From Setoptus koraiensis (taxonomy: Eukaryota; Animalia; Arthropoda): a stretch of DNA of 64,000 nucleotides. Of the stretch, positions 23,512-34,359 are shown in pieces. The notes below the pieces were generated by a model that was not told where the DNA came from, did no database searches, and worked only from the letters and a program-made list of their open reading frames with translations. The position numbers and the translations under genes are program-made. The stretch spans positions 13,640,001-13,704,000 of the forward strand of contig CM106585.1 in NCBI GenBank assembly GCA_048013815.1. The letters are read 5' to 3'. Within the stretch, counting starts at the first letter, position 1; the number at the start of each line of letters is the position of its first letter.

Positions 23512-24919
23512 TCTAATAAATAGTTTGCATTTGCTTTACAGACAGAAAATAGTCCAGTATGTAGAATTTGTCTGCAATACTGGAGATGAAATAAAGTGAA
23601 AAAAATTTCGTATGCCTTCAAATGAAATTATGTCTCATTTCAAATAACAAAGTAAGCGATTGTATGTTTATGACCGTCTCACCTCATAATTGAAAAATTG
23701 TGCGTATGCAGCTCTTCTGTGCAACTTCTAACAAATGTAGTGCCCTGGTCTCCACCCATCACGCACACCCACTCAATATCCGCGTACACCCGTGTGCCAT
23801 GAAAATCAAAGTGCTTATTTCACCCATTGACTACAATAACAAACCCAGACTGGGGCCAACAATTCAACTATACATCGACTAAATCATCACGTATGATTTT
23901 ACACGGTATGAGGTACAGTGTATATAGTAAATTGTCCTTTGAAGGAAATTGTATTAATTGTAGAGTCCAACCAATCAAGTCGGTATCAGCATTTGCCTTG
24001 TGCACCAGCTGTTCGTGGCTTTATGCCGGCAGTTCAGAGGCAGTTCATCTCTGTGATCAGTGATCGCACTGGAATCACACATTATTCGAGCTATTACAGT
24101 AAAGTGTGTCTGAACGTCGCTTTTTGGGACCAGACTCAATTCAAATAGAAAAAGTGTAAATAATCAGTAAAATTGAGAGAAAAACCATAGACACGCGACG
24201 TTTCGGGACAGTTATCTGTATTAGATTCTTGGATTACAGTATCAGACGCTGACAATGACTATGGATTCCCGCGATGATCGATGAATATTGAAAGGCACCA
24301 AGGCTTTCGCTTTGTTTATATCTTACTGACTGCTGATGAGAACAAATTTTTCCATTTGTCAAACTGAAATTCCTGATGGAAGTGTCGAGTCACCTGTCGG
24401 ACCTCCACTCAACTATGCAAAAACTGACCCTAGAAAACTACGAAAAACTCAAACGGTCTATCAAGTTGAATTATTATCTTCACTGTTCTCGATAGACTGT
24501 CAGATCCTTCGCAGCTAGTGTGGTCTATCTGTTGACAATTTGAGATTGTTCATGTAGAGGTCCAAAGGTGAATACAAAATTCGCTTGCTAGCGAGCGCCA
24601 TAGACAGGGCTTTCCAGTAGTGGGTAGGCGACGCATGCGCGAATTCGCTGTCTCATTTAGCACATAAGATGGCTGCTGTCAATCCAGCATTATGTATCTA
24701 TTTTCTCTTCAAAAATCAGCCAGAAAAGAGCCGACCATATGTTTCAATTGTTGATTTATCGCAGAATTTCTCTGGCACCTGACAATGTGTGTTGACAGAA
24801 ATTAATAATCAATTTAAAGCCCAGGAACAAATGGGGTTAGACACGTTGAATTTATGAGGCAGAAACTGGATGAAACTGGCATCGGCACCTGTCTCTTGTA
24901 GTCAACAATAGCATTAACC

Positions 24920-27231
24920 ATGAATATCAATATGGACTCTTTTGTAAATAAACTGCGTAACACAGTGTCGCAAGTGGCATATTCCGTGAATTCCTCAGTG
25001 AACACTGTTATGCCAGGTAATTTAATAGAGCGAGAGTACAATTTATTGAAGAAACGCTGCTCTCACGGATGTCCAGGATTCTACTGGGATATTTACGATG
25101 CTGTGAAGAGTGACTCGTCCATGTTGCCAAACTCGCTCACTGGGACCATTAAGCCAATTGTAAATAGCAACTCAAATATTATAGCTCCCGAACAGAAAGA
25201 CCGTTCAACTAATGAACCAACTCCTACAGACAAGGAGTTGTATTCTGTTTTTATTTTTGAAAAGCGTCAACTGGAAAGACTATCCAAAGTTGAACGAGAT
25301 ATTGTTCTGGATCATTTAAAGCGTAGTGTAACTCAATTGACAAGACTTCGTCACCCATCAATCCTCACAATGCAACATTCCCTTGAGGAGTCTAGATCAA
25401 CATTAGCTTTTGTCACCGAGCATATATTTGGTAGTCTAGACGTTATCTTTAAATTACAAAAACAGTTGGAATCTGGTACCATAAAAAATAATCGAAACAA
25501 AAACTTACTGGCTAGTGAATCTCTTGTAGACTTGGACAGTGACGCGAATAAACCTACCGAGTCTACTGAGCGTCTTGATGATTTCTGCTCTTTAGACACA
25601 GTCCAAATCAAAGCTGGTCTTTTGCAAATCTGTGACGGACTCAAATTTCTCCACCAAGATGCCAAGATGCTACACAGAAATCTCTGCCTTGAGAATATCT
25701 TCATTAATTCCAATAACGTCTGGAAAATTGGAGGCTTCGACTTTTGTTGTACTTCCAGCCAGAATGACCTAGTAGGCGACTCGGGTCCCGTCTTTTCAGC
25801 TCTCAGCGAGGCCCACAAAACTCTGCCAGCTTGTTTGGTACCGAATTGGTCATGTTCTGCGCCTGAACAATCCAGCAGTCAGACAGTCACTGTATCTTCA
25901 GATGTCTACTCTCTTGGTATTATAGCTTGTGCTGCTCTAAATTGGAACGGAAACAGTTCTTTAGATCTTTCGTACGAGGCTGGTCTTGTAAGCGATACTT
26001 ATAAAAGAGGGATTATCACGAGGGAAATAGTTGACCGTTTACCGGTTAACATGAGATCCGATTTACAGAAATTCACATCAATCAGTCCTGTAACTAGACC
26101 TTCACTCGAAGCTTTTCAAAAGTTGGCAATTTTTGATGACACACAGGTACAAGCACTACGTTATTTGGACACCAATTTCACTTGGGACAATCTTAAGAAA
26201 GTACAATTCTACACAAGCCTGAAAGGAATACTGCCAAAATTATCGCACCAAGTGAAAGTAAATAGAGTGGCCAGTGCCCTAGTCAAAGAATTTTATAATG
26301 CAGACATGTTAACGCACGTATTGCCCAATTATTTCATTATTATACAAGAATCAAATCCAATAGAATTTAAAGTGAAACTCTTACCACACATGAAGGAAAT
26401 TTTCTCCAGGGTGGAACCTCATACTATTCCTAGTATGCTTCTGGAGAACTTACCCACGCTCACGAATCTTAGCAAAAATTGTTTGCCTACTTTCAGAGAA
26501 TTATCTCTACCTTTAATATATCGATCATTGCAATCAAACAATAGTCAGCTCCAAGAGCAATGTCTAGCGGTCTTGCCGTCGGTCAAACCTCTTTTCGATA
26601 GTGGCTGCTTGAGAGATAATCTACTACCAATATTGCATCAACTTTGCAACGGAACTAATATATTGGCGGTCAGGGTCAAATGTTTAGTTTGCATAGGAAA
26701 GTTGGTGGATATTATCGAAACGTGGCTCGTAGTGGAAAAAGTAATACCAATACTAAGAGAAATACCGTCCAGAGAACCTGCGGTTATCATGTCGACTATC
26801 GGTGAGTTTTTAGATATAGTTTCTTATATGCGTGTGATGTCTGGACTTCATTATTTCAACATATCCAAGTATCACTTCAATCTTAACGTTTTACGATCTA
26901 GGTATTATCAAGCTCCTTCATGCAAATTCCAGGCTCACCAAAGAAACGATAGCATCATCTATTATGCCAGTACTGTTTTCATTGTGCATCGAGAGGGAAC
27001 TTAATCTTCAGCAGGTTAGTAACTCAACACTAGCTCTACGTTCAGCCTTACCAAATTATCTTATACAACTCTTTTCTTTCATACTATCACAAATAGTTCC
27101 AAAGTATAATGATACTGATAAAGGATCTGGTCAATAAATTGGAAAAAGATCAATTGGATATCCTTAAGAAGACTAACAAATCCGAGGACTCTTCTAACAA
27201 ACTTTCTCCGATGATCCTTCCACTTTTATGA
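24920..27231 (+). CDS. SCYL2: SCY1-like pseudokinase 2 (CVAK104), 3 exons
   Basis: Exons 24920..26801, 26902..27014, 27097..27231. MDSFVNKLRNTV, QLTRLRHP...LEESR..LAFVTE, WKIGGFDF, HEAT repeats, REPAVIM, IERELNLQQ/F. Confidence 0.92.
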
Positions 27232-27254
27232 TTAATATACACAAGTGATTTAAG

Positions 27255-27794
27255 TTAGATAGAATTAGAGTTCTTTCTTTTTCTGTCGAGTAATTGTTTC
27301 CGTTGCTGACATTTAACGGCTAAATTTCTTGCGCCATTTAATTTATATCTCCTATTGAGACATTTTTCTTTTTGTGCCGCAACAATTTCTTTTTGGGCAA
27401 TAAAGAGCCAAACTCTCTTTCTCATAGCATCGGGACATCCAACGTCTTCATTGTAGATTGCGGATTGCAACAAGGAATCCGGATCGTCTTTAATTGCCAC
27501 TCGCTGCTTGGCTTTCTTTCTCAATCTCACTACTTTGATCATTTCCTTCAAGAAGAATTTGCTCATTAAAACTTTATGTCTAGCTCGCTTGTGTAATTTG
27601 TGAGTTTTGATCATTTCTTTTAGGAACAAAGTGTTGCTAGTAAAAGAAACAAGGTTAATATTCTCTTGCGGTGAAGGAGAATCATCTTCGACATGCCAAT
27701 CATACATATCGATGCTGTTGGCCTTCGGCGGGCGATCCTTCTGAAAGGTGGGTTGACACAGCCTTATGACATCGTCGAAGCTGTGTGGATGCAT
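27255..27794 (-). CDS. Stand-alone fragment resembling the N-terminal pre-HSA/HSA region of INO80 (179 aa)
   Basis: RKRVWLFIAQKEIVAAQKEKCLNRRYKLNGARNLAVKC aligns without gaps to recalled human INO80 RRKVWLSIVKKELPKANKQKASARNLFLTNSRKLAHQC (16/38 identical). No ATPase follows. Confidence 0.6.
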   Translation of the reverse strand: MHPHSFDDVIRLCQPTFQKDRPPKANSIDMYDWHVEDDSPSPQENINLVSFTSNTLFLKEMIKTHKLHKRARHKVLMSKFFLKEMIKVVRLRKKAKQRVAIKDDPDSLLQSAIYNEDVGCPDAMRKRVWLFIAQKEIVAAQKEKCLNRRYKLNGARNLAVKCQQRKQLLDRKRKNSNSI

Positions 27795-28406
27795 TAGCTG
27801 ATTATCTACAACAAAAGGATAACGTTAATTATATGCTGGGGATAGCGCAGGGATAATGGAGTATAATAATAATGATACAAATGACACAATCATTGACGAC
27901 TCGAACTAGCATTAAAAGATATCCTGAATTTTGCTTTAGGCAACGCATATGATATGTGCATGGTGCAAGGCCGTTGATACTAATGGGCCATTAGTAATGG
28001 CGTACAGAGAAAGTGTGCTGCTAACAAGGTGAAATTGTTGAATTGATGTTTTGAATTTCAGTTTCATCATGAGGTTATATCTCTACAAGTGTATCGTATA
28101 TTTTTGCAAGTTTCTTGTGCCCCGCTTTCCGCACACAGACGGCACAGACGGATCTCTCCGGTGCCGCACCACCGGTGCGTACCCCACCAACCGCGCCCAC
28201 CAAACCGACCGCTCCGGTCTGCCTGACGGTAGTGCGGGCCTTTTGGGCATGCGCAGACACAGCACGCCAAAGCGACACCTGGCGGCGAAAAAGTCGCACG
28301 AGTTGAACAAGAGTTTGTGCGACTACTTGTGCGACAGAAGCTTTTGTGCGCCTAGTGCGGTCATAGGCTCACCACTACAACAACTGACTCATTGTCACAC
28401 AAGCTT

Positions 28407-28440
28407 ACACACACACGCACACACACACGCACGCACACGC
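28407..28440. repeat. (CA/CACG)n microsatellite in the PRL 5' region
   Basis: Direct reading. Confidence 0.9.
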
Positions 28441-28861
28441 ATATCTCTCTAGCCAGTATTTACTATAGTGTGCTCTATCTACCGTATTGTGCGCTTTCGC
28501 CAATTGCCTATCGGTCACTTTTTTTGGGGTCGCCAGGGCGGCGCACTTGGATTTTCGTATGCAGTGTGTGCTGCAAGCGTGAGCAAACTGCCATCAGCGC
28601 GTTGGGTGAGGCGAGCGCAATGAGGCCACGTAGTGTCAATTAGTTGAAACATTTACCGAGACACTCTGTGCTCGGCTGTGCATCGTTGCCCGCCTCCCGC
28701 TCCTCTGGCGGAGAACAAAAAAGCGACCCGACAGTAATTGGCAAAAGCGCACACAATAGTCTATGGGTATCTCTAATTGGAATATATAGCTATTTGCGAA
28801 CGAAAAATAAATGGTATAGTTGACTCCTTTTATTCCAAAAATCTATTGATTTTGTTGTCAA

Positions 28862-29386
28862 ATGAATGCAATGACATTAACAAACGCAGCCATGAAGCCT
28901 GGACCTTCGGAAATAGTTTATAAAAATATGAAATTTATAATTATGGATAGGCCTTCTGATGCTACATTGCCCCAATTAGTTGAAGAGTTCAAAAAGCGCA
29001 ATGTCAGGGACGTTATTAGGGTGTGTGAGCCATCATACAAAACGGACTTATTAACTAAAGCCAATATTGAGGTTCACGATTGGCAATTTGATGATGGGTC
29101 TCCACCGTCACAAGAAGTCATAGATAATTGGTTCGAGCTTCTAAGAGAAAGATATAAAGAAAACAAAGATTGCTGTATGGCCGTTCATTGTGTGGCCGGA
29201 CTTGGCAGGGGCCCTGTAATGGTGGCATTAGCCTTGATGGAATTAGGCATGAAATACGAAGATACTATTGAATATATCAGAGAGAGGCGCCGTGGTGCAT
29301 TTAATCAAAAACAGCTTAAGTATTTAGCCTCATATAAGCCTAGGAATAGGTTGAGGACAAAAAATTCTAGTTGCACAATAATGTAG
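28862..29386 (+). CDS. PRL-1: PRL (PTP4A) protein tyrosine phosphatase
   Basis: RVCEPSY, W.FDDG.PP, CCMAVHCVAGLGR, RRGAFNQKQL, C-terminal CAAX (CTIM). Confidence 0.96.
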   Translation: MNAMTLTNAAMKPGPSEIVYKNMKFIIMDRPSDATLPQLVEEFKKRNVRDVIRVCEPSYKTDLLTKANIEVHDWQFDDGSPPSQEVIDNWFELLRERYKENKDCCMAVHCVAGLGRGPVMVALALMELGMKYEDTIEYIRERRRGAFNQKQLKYLASYKPRNRLRTKNSSCTIM

Positions 29387-29721
29387 TGAACTCTACCTAT
29401 TATTATTATTACTATTATTATTATTAACTAATTAATTAAAAGCAAACAACACACACACACAAAATCAATGACTTCAATTATAAAACATCAATACATCTCG
29501 AGATGGTTTCTATTATACCCCCTATACTATAAAATATACCAACAAAATAAAGCTTAAATATATCTATATAAAGCTATAATAATCAATCAACTGACAGAAC
29601 ATTCAATCGGATTGAAGCGAAATTTATACTACTAAATAACCAACTATTAGTTGATACTATTATTACAATGATTATTATTATTACTATACCTAATGCAATC
29701 AGCAAAGTCGGTATTGACATG

Positions 29722-32700
29722 TCATGTATGTAAACTTGTAGATAAACTTGGTCCGGCCTTACTCGTGTTGGTAGCTCTTGGCCTATAGGGTTGCTGTGAT
29801 TGACCAACTATCTCGTACAGTCTTGCTGCTTCCGTTGCAGCTTCTAAGCGTTTCAGTTTTTTCTTTGTCTTTCTCAATTGTGAATTTAAACTGAACGCTA
29901 TTGTTATAGCTAATAAGAAAACACTAGTAAATATCGAACCAACAATTATCATATTGGCTTTCCTCAGTGCCACATTCGGATCCTCTACACTACAATCGGT
30001 CTCTTTATAACCCTCCTCGCATTCGCAGAAGGCATGGTGATCATCGACTAGCCTACACTTGCCATGCTTGCAAGGTATTGTATTACAAACGTAGATACAA
30101 TATCTTTTATTATCACCGATATAATGGCGATCACATTGACAACGATAATCACCGACCTCGTTGACACATGTCGATACATTAGCCAACTCTTTACAGGCAT
30201 CAAATAGGCACTCGTTTATGTCCTCGCAAACTTCTTTGCGATAATCACCATAGTAAATATCACGTGTACCAATTGGTGTGTAACCGTATTGACAGGTACA
30301 AGTAAAATTAACTGTATCTACCATTTCACATTTAGTTTGTTTGTCGCAATAATCGAAGCTACTCTTACACGGATTGAACAATTTACGATGTTCAGCCAAT
30401 TGATCAAATGAGTCGCGTTTTATGAGTAAATTCGGTGCCATTAGATAGTATTCAGACCCCTCTTTGAATGTAAATATATATTTGGGTAGTTGTTTCTCAA
30501 GCAAAACTCTATCCGAGCGACTTTTTTCTCCCGTTGAATGCAATGTTAACTTGCAATTAATGTTAGCGTCCAATATTTCTAAATCTGTTCCATTTAAATA
30601 GTTCATTTGCATACTACTAATGGCGCTAAATGAGGGTAACCTAATGATTGGCGTTGACTTGATGTTGTAATTTTTCAATTGAGCTTCACATTCATCTACG
30701 TGAACTTTTATATTGCCTTCCATTAGGTCAAATGTACTTTTCATACTTGCAAGGGTCACCTCGCGCCAATCGACATACTCAGCGCGAAATCGATGTATCA
30801 AGGGATACCGATACGCGACACACTCTTTGTAGGCTTCCAAGCTTAGATCGGCTATGGCTGGATCACAGTAGGCAACCAGAATAGAATTAGCGGGTAATTC
30901 GTCCGATGTTATGGATTTAGGCCTGTTTTCAACTATTGGCATTGTATGATAATGCTGGTGACGCGTAGATGATTGATACAACCACATTGGATCGAAATTG
31001 CTAGGTGCCTTAAAAGTTGCATGAAACTCAACGACATCATAATTTAAGTAGCATCGTGCGTAAACATTAGCTTGGGCGGGTGTCTTTTGAGTAGTAGGGA
31101 TAATAGATGAAGAGGAATTGTATGAATCATTGACGCATTGCGAACTGGGACCGTCTTCCTCAGATCCGTGTAATACCATAGAGAAACCCGGCAAACACTC
31201 GCAGACAGATCGTCTTGAATTTATTCTTATACCATCGTGATCGTACACTATTAGACTAGTCTGGCCATAGTAGTTTGGATCCATCGTGGCAGTTCTACAC
31301 ATTCTATTAAAACGTTGGCATTCACTATTGAGCAGGTCACATTCATTAACACACCTGATTTTATCACGCGGCTTGTCTACCAAAAATTTTTTCTCAGGTG
31401 AACAGACACAAGTGTACGGTTTGATCTTCTTTGGACCATATGTGCCGCGTCTGCTGTTCGCATTAAATTGTTTGCTACTTGGTCTGTTCTGATCCCCATC
31501 GACAGACGTCTCTGGATCAGTGTCCAAATTGGCGAAGCGACTGAGTAAGAATTGCCAAGGTCTATGCAGGACTACACAAAAGGCATTCTTTTGTTCCACA
31601 CAATCCACAAAACCAATATTGCCTGGCTTGCATGGCTCTAGAATAGCATTGAAGTCTATCTTACACAGACCAGTTGATCTGTCTTGAACTAGTATGGGCT
31701 CATCGTCGCAATTGCATTCAAATGTTGGACGCCAGCTTGAAATTTTGACACTGTTTGGGCTTTCTTGATTAGAACGATCTGTTCCGTTAGTCGGTGAATA
31801 CGTTTGACTCGATGGCTTAACTTTACAACTTCCGCTTAGACAAACGTAAGTCAGAAGAGCCCGGAAGTTGTTACTAAATTTGGCAGCATCACACCAATTC
31901 AAGCATCTATCACCGACTCGTGCGTAACCTTGTCTATCGCACTCGCATTCGTACAATTTAGGAGGTCCTTCCGATTTAAGTATACAAATTTCGTTGGTAT
32001 CACAATTAAGATTGCACATCTCCTTCGTTGTGTAATAGTGGGACGTCTTTTCCCCGTCAGCATGATCTGATGAATCATCGTCACCATTTTCTGATATGTG
32101 CTTATTGTTGTTGTTGTCAGCAGCAATATGCATTTGGTCATCATTAAAATGATGATTCACAAAATCCAACGCTTCATTTATCTGTTCTTCCTCCTCCATT
32201 GGTTGATCAAAGAAGCACATATGGTCATCCACGCCTTTGTTTGTGCCAGGCTTGTAACCTGGATAACAGCTACAGTGGTAAGAATTATTATCCGTATCAA
32301 TTTGGCATAGATGTTGACATTCGTTTAGAATTGGCACTAAACAAATCACACTATCTTCTTGTAGCACGCATTTTGTGGTGCTCTTATCATGGTCGATCTG
32401 AGTTTTAGTATAACCCAATGGGCAGACACAGGTATAAAGTTGCTTGTCATAGGTTGCTATACACTTGGCCTCGCCACAAATCGATTCCTTATGGCATGGA
32501 TCATAGAGACGACAGAGACCTTTGTCCGTGGCCATATAACCAGCATTCTCATTACAAATGCACTTGCCCTCTTGACAAACTTCTGACAGCTGCTTACATC
32601 GAACACCTAAACACTTGTCGATTGGTCGACATTCGGCAATGTAAGCTGGATATTCTCTGGTATCTTTCTCACTCTTATGTTGTTTTCCGCTAGCTATTGG

Positions 32701-33528
32701 TTCGTCTGTAGATTGGCTTTGATTGTCCAACTCGTCGGAGTACGATGTCTTTGTAACTGTATCATCTATGTCAGATCTGTTCAAGTACTCAAATGATGAA
32801 GTAAATTCCCGATTGTACGAGGGCACATGATTATTGTGAACTATCAATTTGAATACAAAATACTCCTCATCTAGGCATGCGCACCGAAAGAATTTATCAT
32901 TCTTGACACATTCGCGCCCAATCTTGTGACAAATTTGATCACCGGTAAGTCCATTGGCTATTAAAGTTTTGCAAATATTTCTAGTTTGACATCTGTCACC
33001 ATAGAAGCCCTCCGGGCACTTACACTCCGCTATGCCTGGAGTTGGATGTATGCAAGTCCCCCCATTGAGACAGAAGAAGTCGTCTAGGCAATCGTCCTCG
33101 TACTGTGAGTTTGATGGACCAGTTGTGGAGGAAAAAATCTGAATATCTGGTGCAATCTTTTTTCCATCAGAGTTTGTCGAACCAATAATTCCTTCCGTAT
33201 CACTAGGCTTGTTGACTTCTTGTTCGGGTCGAATACCATTCTGTACCAGATCTAGAATCTTTGTATGGTCATCATTGGCAACGATTTTTTCCTTAAACGA
33301 ATCATCGTATGGTTGCGAATCTTTGATAATTTCTTTCTGTTGTGCATCCTGAATCTGAATGTGAGAGCAACTCAAACACTGAACAAAACCAAGAGTCAGA
33401 ATGATCACTGATTCTAGACTCAATGCCCTTTTAAATTTTTGGCTCTCAAATAATAATCTTAGCTTACACGATCTCATAAGATGATAGTGAAAATTATCAC
33501 TGATTATCGACATGTAAAAAAGATTCAT
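29722..33528 (-). CDS. Type I membrane protein with about a dozen EGF-like/cbEGF modules, intronless
   Basis: Signal-like VIILTLGFVQCLSC, EGF modules (CLNGGTC...CKCPEGFYGDRC; EDINECLFDAC...CVNEVGDYRCQC), TM helix IIVGSIFTSVFLLAITIAFSL, basic juxtamembrane tail. The start may be the later ATG at 33477. Confidence 0.85.
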   Translation of the reverse strand: MNLFYMSIISDNFHYHLMRSCKLRLLFESQKFKRALSLESVIILTLGFVQCLSCSHIQIQDAQQKEIIKDSQPYDDSFKEKIVANDDHTKILDLVQNGIRPEQEVNKPSDTEGIIGSTNSDGKKIAPDIQIFSSTTGPSNSQYEDDCLDDFFCLNGGTCIHPTPGIAECKCPEGFYGDRCQTRNICKTLIANGLTGDQICHKIGRECVKNDKFFRCACLDEEYFVFKLIVHNNHVPSYNREFTSSFEYLNRSDIDDTVTKTSYSDELDNQSQSTDEPIASGKQHKSEKDTREYPAYIAECRPIDKCLGVRCKQLSEVCQEGKCICNENAGYMATDKGLCRLYDPCHKESICGEAKCIATYDKQLYTCVCPLGYTKTQIDHDKSTTKCVLQEDSVICLVPILNECQHLCQIDTDNNSYHCSCYPGYKPGTNKGVDDHMCFFDQPMEEEEQINEALDFVNHHFNDDQMHIAADNNNNKHISENGDDDSSDHADGEKTSHYYTTKEMCNLNCDTNEICILKSEGPPKLYECECDRQGYARVGDRCLNWCDAAKFSNNFRALLTYVCLSGSCKVKPSSQTYSPTNGTDRSNQESPNSVKISSWRPTFECNCDDEPILVQDRSTGLCKIDFNAILEPCKPGNIGFVDCVEQKNAFCVVLHRPWQFLLSRFANLDTDPETSVDGDQNRPSSKQFNANSRRGTYGPKKIKPYTCVCSPEKKFLVDKPRDKIRCVNECDLLNSECQRFNRMCRTATMDPNYYGQTSLIVYDHDGIRINSRRSVCECLPGFSMVLHGSEEDGPSSQCVNDSYNSSSSIIPTTQKTPAQANVYARCYLNYDVVEFHATFKAPSNFDPMWLYQSSTRHQHYHTMPIVENRPKSITSDELPANSILVAYCDPAIADLSLEAYKECVAYRYPLIHRFRAEYVDWREVTLASMKSTFDLMEGNIKVHVDECEAQLKNYNIKSTPIIRLPSFSAISSMQMNYLNGTDLEILDANINCKLTLHSTGEKSRSDRVLLEKQLPKYIFTFKEGSEYYLMAPNLLIKRDSFDQLAEHRKLFNPCKSSFDYCDKQTKCEMVDTVNFTCTCQYGYTPIGTRDIYYGDYRKEVCEDINECLFDACKELANVSTCVNEVGDYRCQCDRHYIGDNKRYCIYVCNTIPCKHGKCRLVDDHHAFCECEEGYKETDCSVEDPNVALRKANMIIVGSIFTSVFLLAITIAFSLNSQLRKTKKKLKRLEAATEAARLYEIVGQSQQPYRPRATNTSKAGPSLSTSLHT

Positions 33529-34359
33529 TTACCAAGATATTTGGATATGTCATATAACGATGTTATGCCAGTAAACAAATGATTACTTGAAGAGCACGCT
33601 GTATAGAGAAATTTTACACAATCGCAATCGTGTAATGTTTCAATGGAATGCAGGGGCAAGATTTCGTGTGGATCTACTAAACAAAAAAGTAGCGATATCT
33701 TTCTAAACAAAAAACGTTGATTAACACCACACCATTGCCGATTAGGCGACATCAATTAACAAACACAACGATGCATGTGATGCAACGCAAAATAAACAAG
33801 TGTGGTATTAATAGGTATTATCATTTATGATCTAGAAAAAAAGAAAACTAGTATAATCATAGAGTTTCATTGTTATTTTCAGAATTTCGTTCCAAACAAA
33901 CTCCTGACAACTGTTGGCAACTAAATCAGATATGGCAACAACTGAACGGTCGCGATTCAATCTGTTATCAATTCAACTAGCTAATAACTGATATAAGCAT
34001 GGTTTGAGAGCACCTGAGCCATATTTGATATTGTTTCCATGGCGATCCTTTTTTTTTCAATGTATATTATTATATCCTCTTGCAAATAGCTTTATCAACC
34101 TAAACGAAGTTGGAGGATAGTTTGTCTGTTTGAAAGTTACACCGCGCCAATCAAGGGCACAAAAAATTAGTACAGCTGATCAGCATAAGAGGGCGCGGTT
34201 TTCTCTTCGAATGAAAAGTTGCATGTTGTGCAGCTGGACTATCTTACACCATTGCGATTGTCAATTTGAAAACACGAGTTGGTCTCTGGGTGATCTCGTC
34301 GAAAATGCTGCATTATCTTGCATTTAAATTGCGTCCGCCTTGGTTATATCTTACTGACT

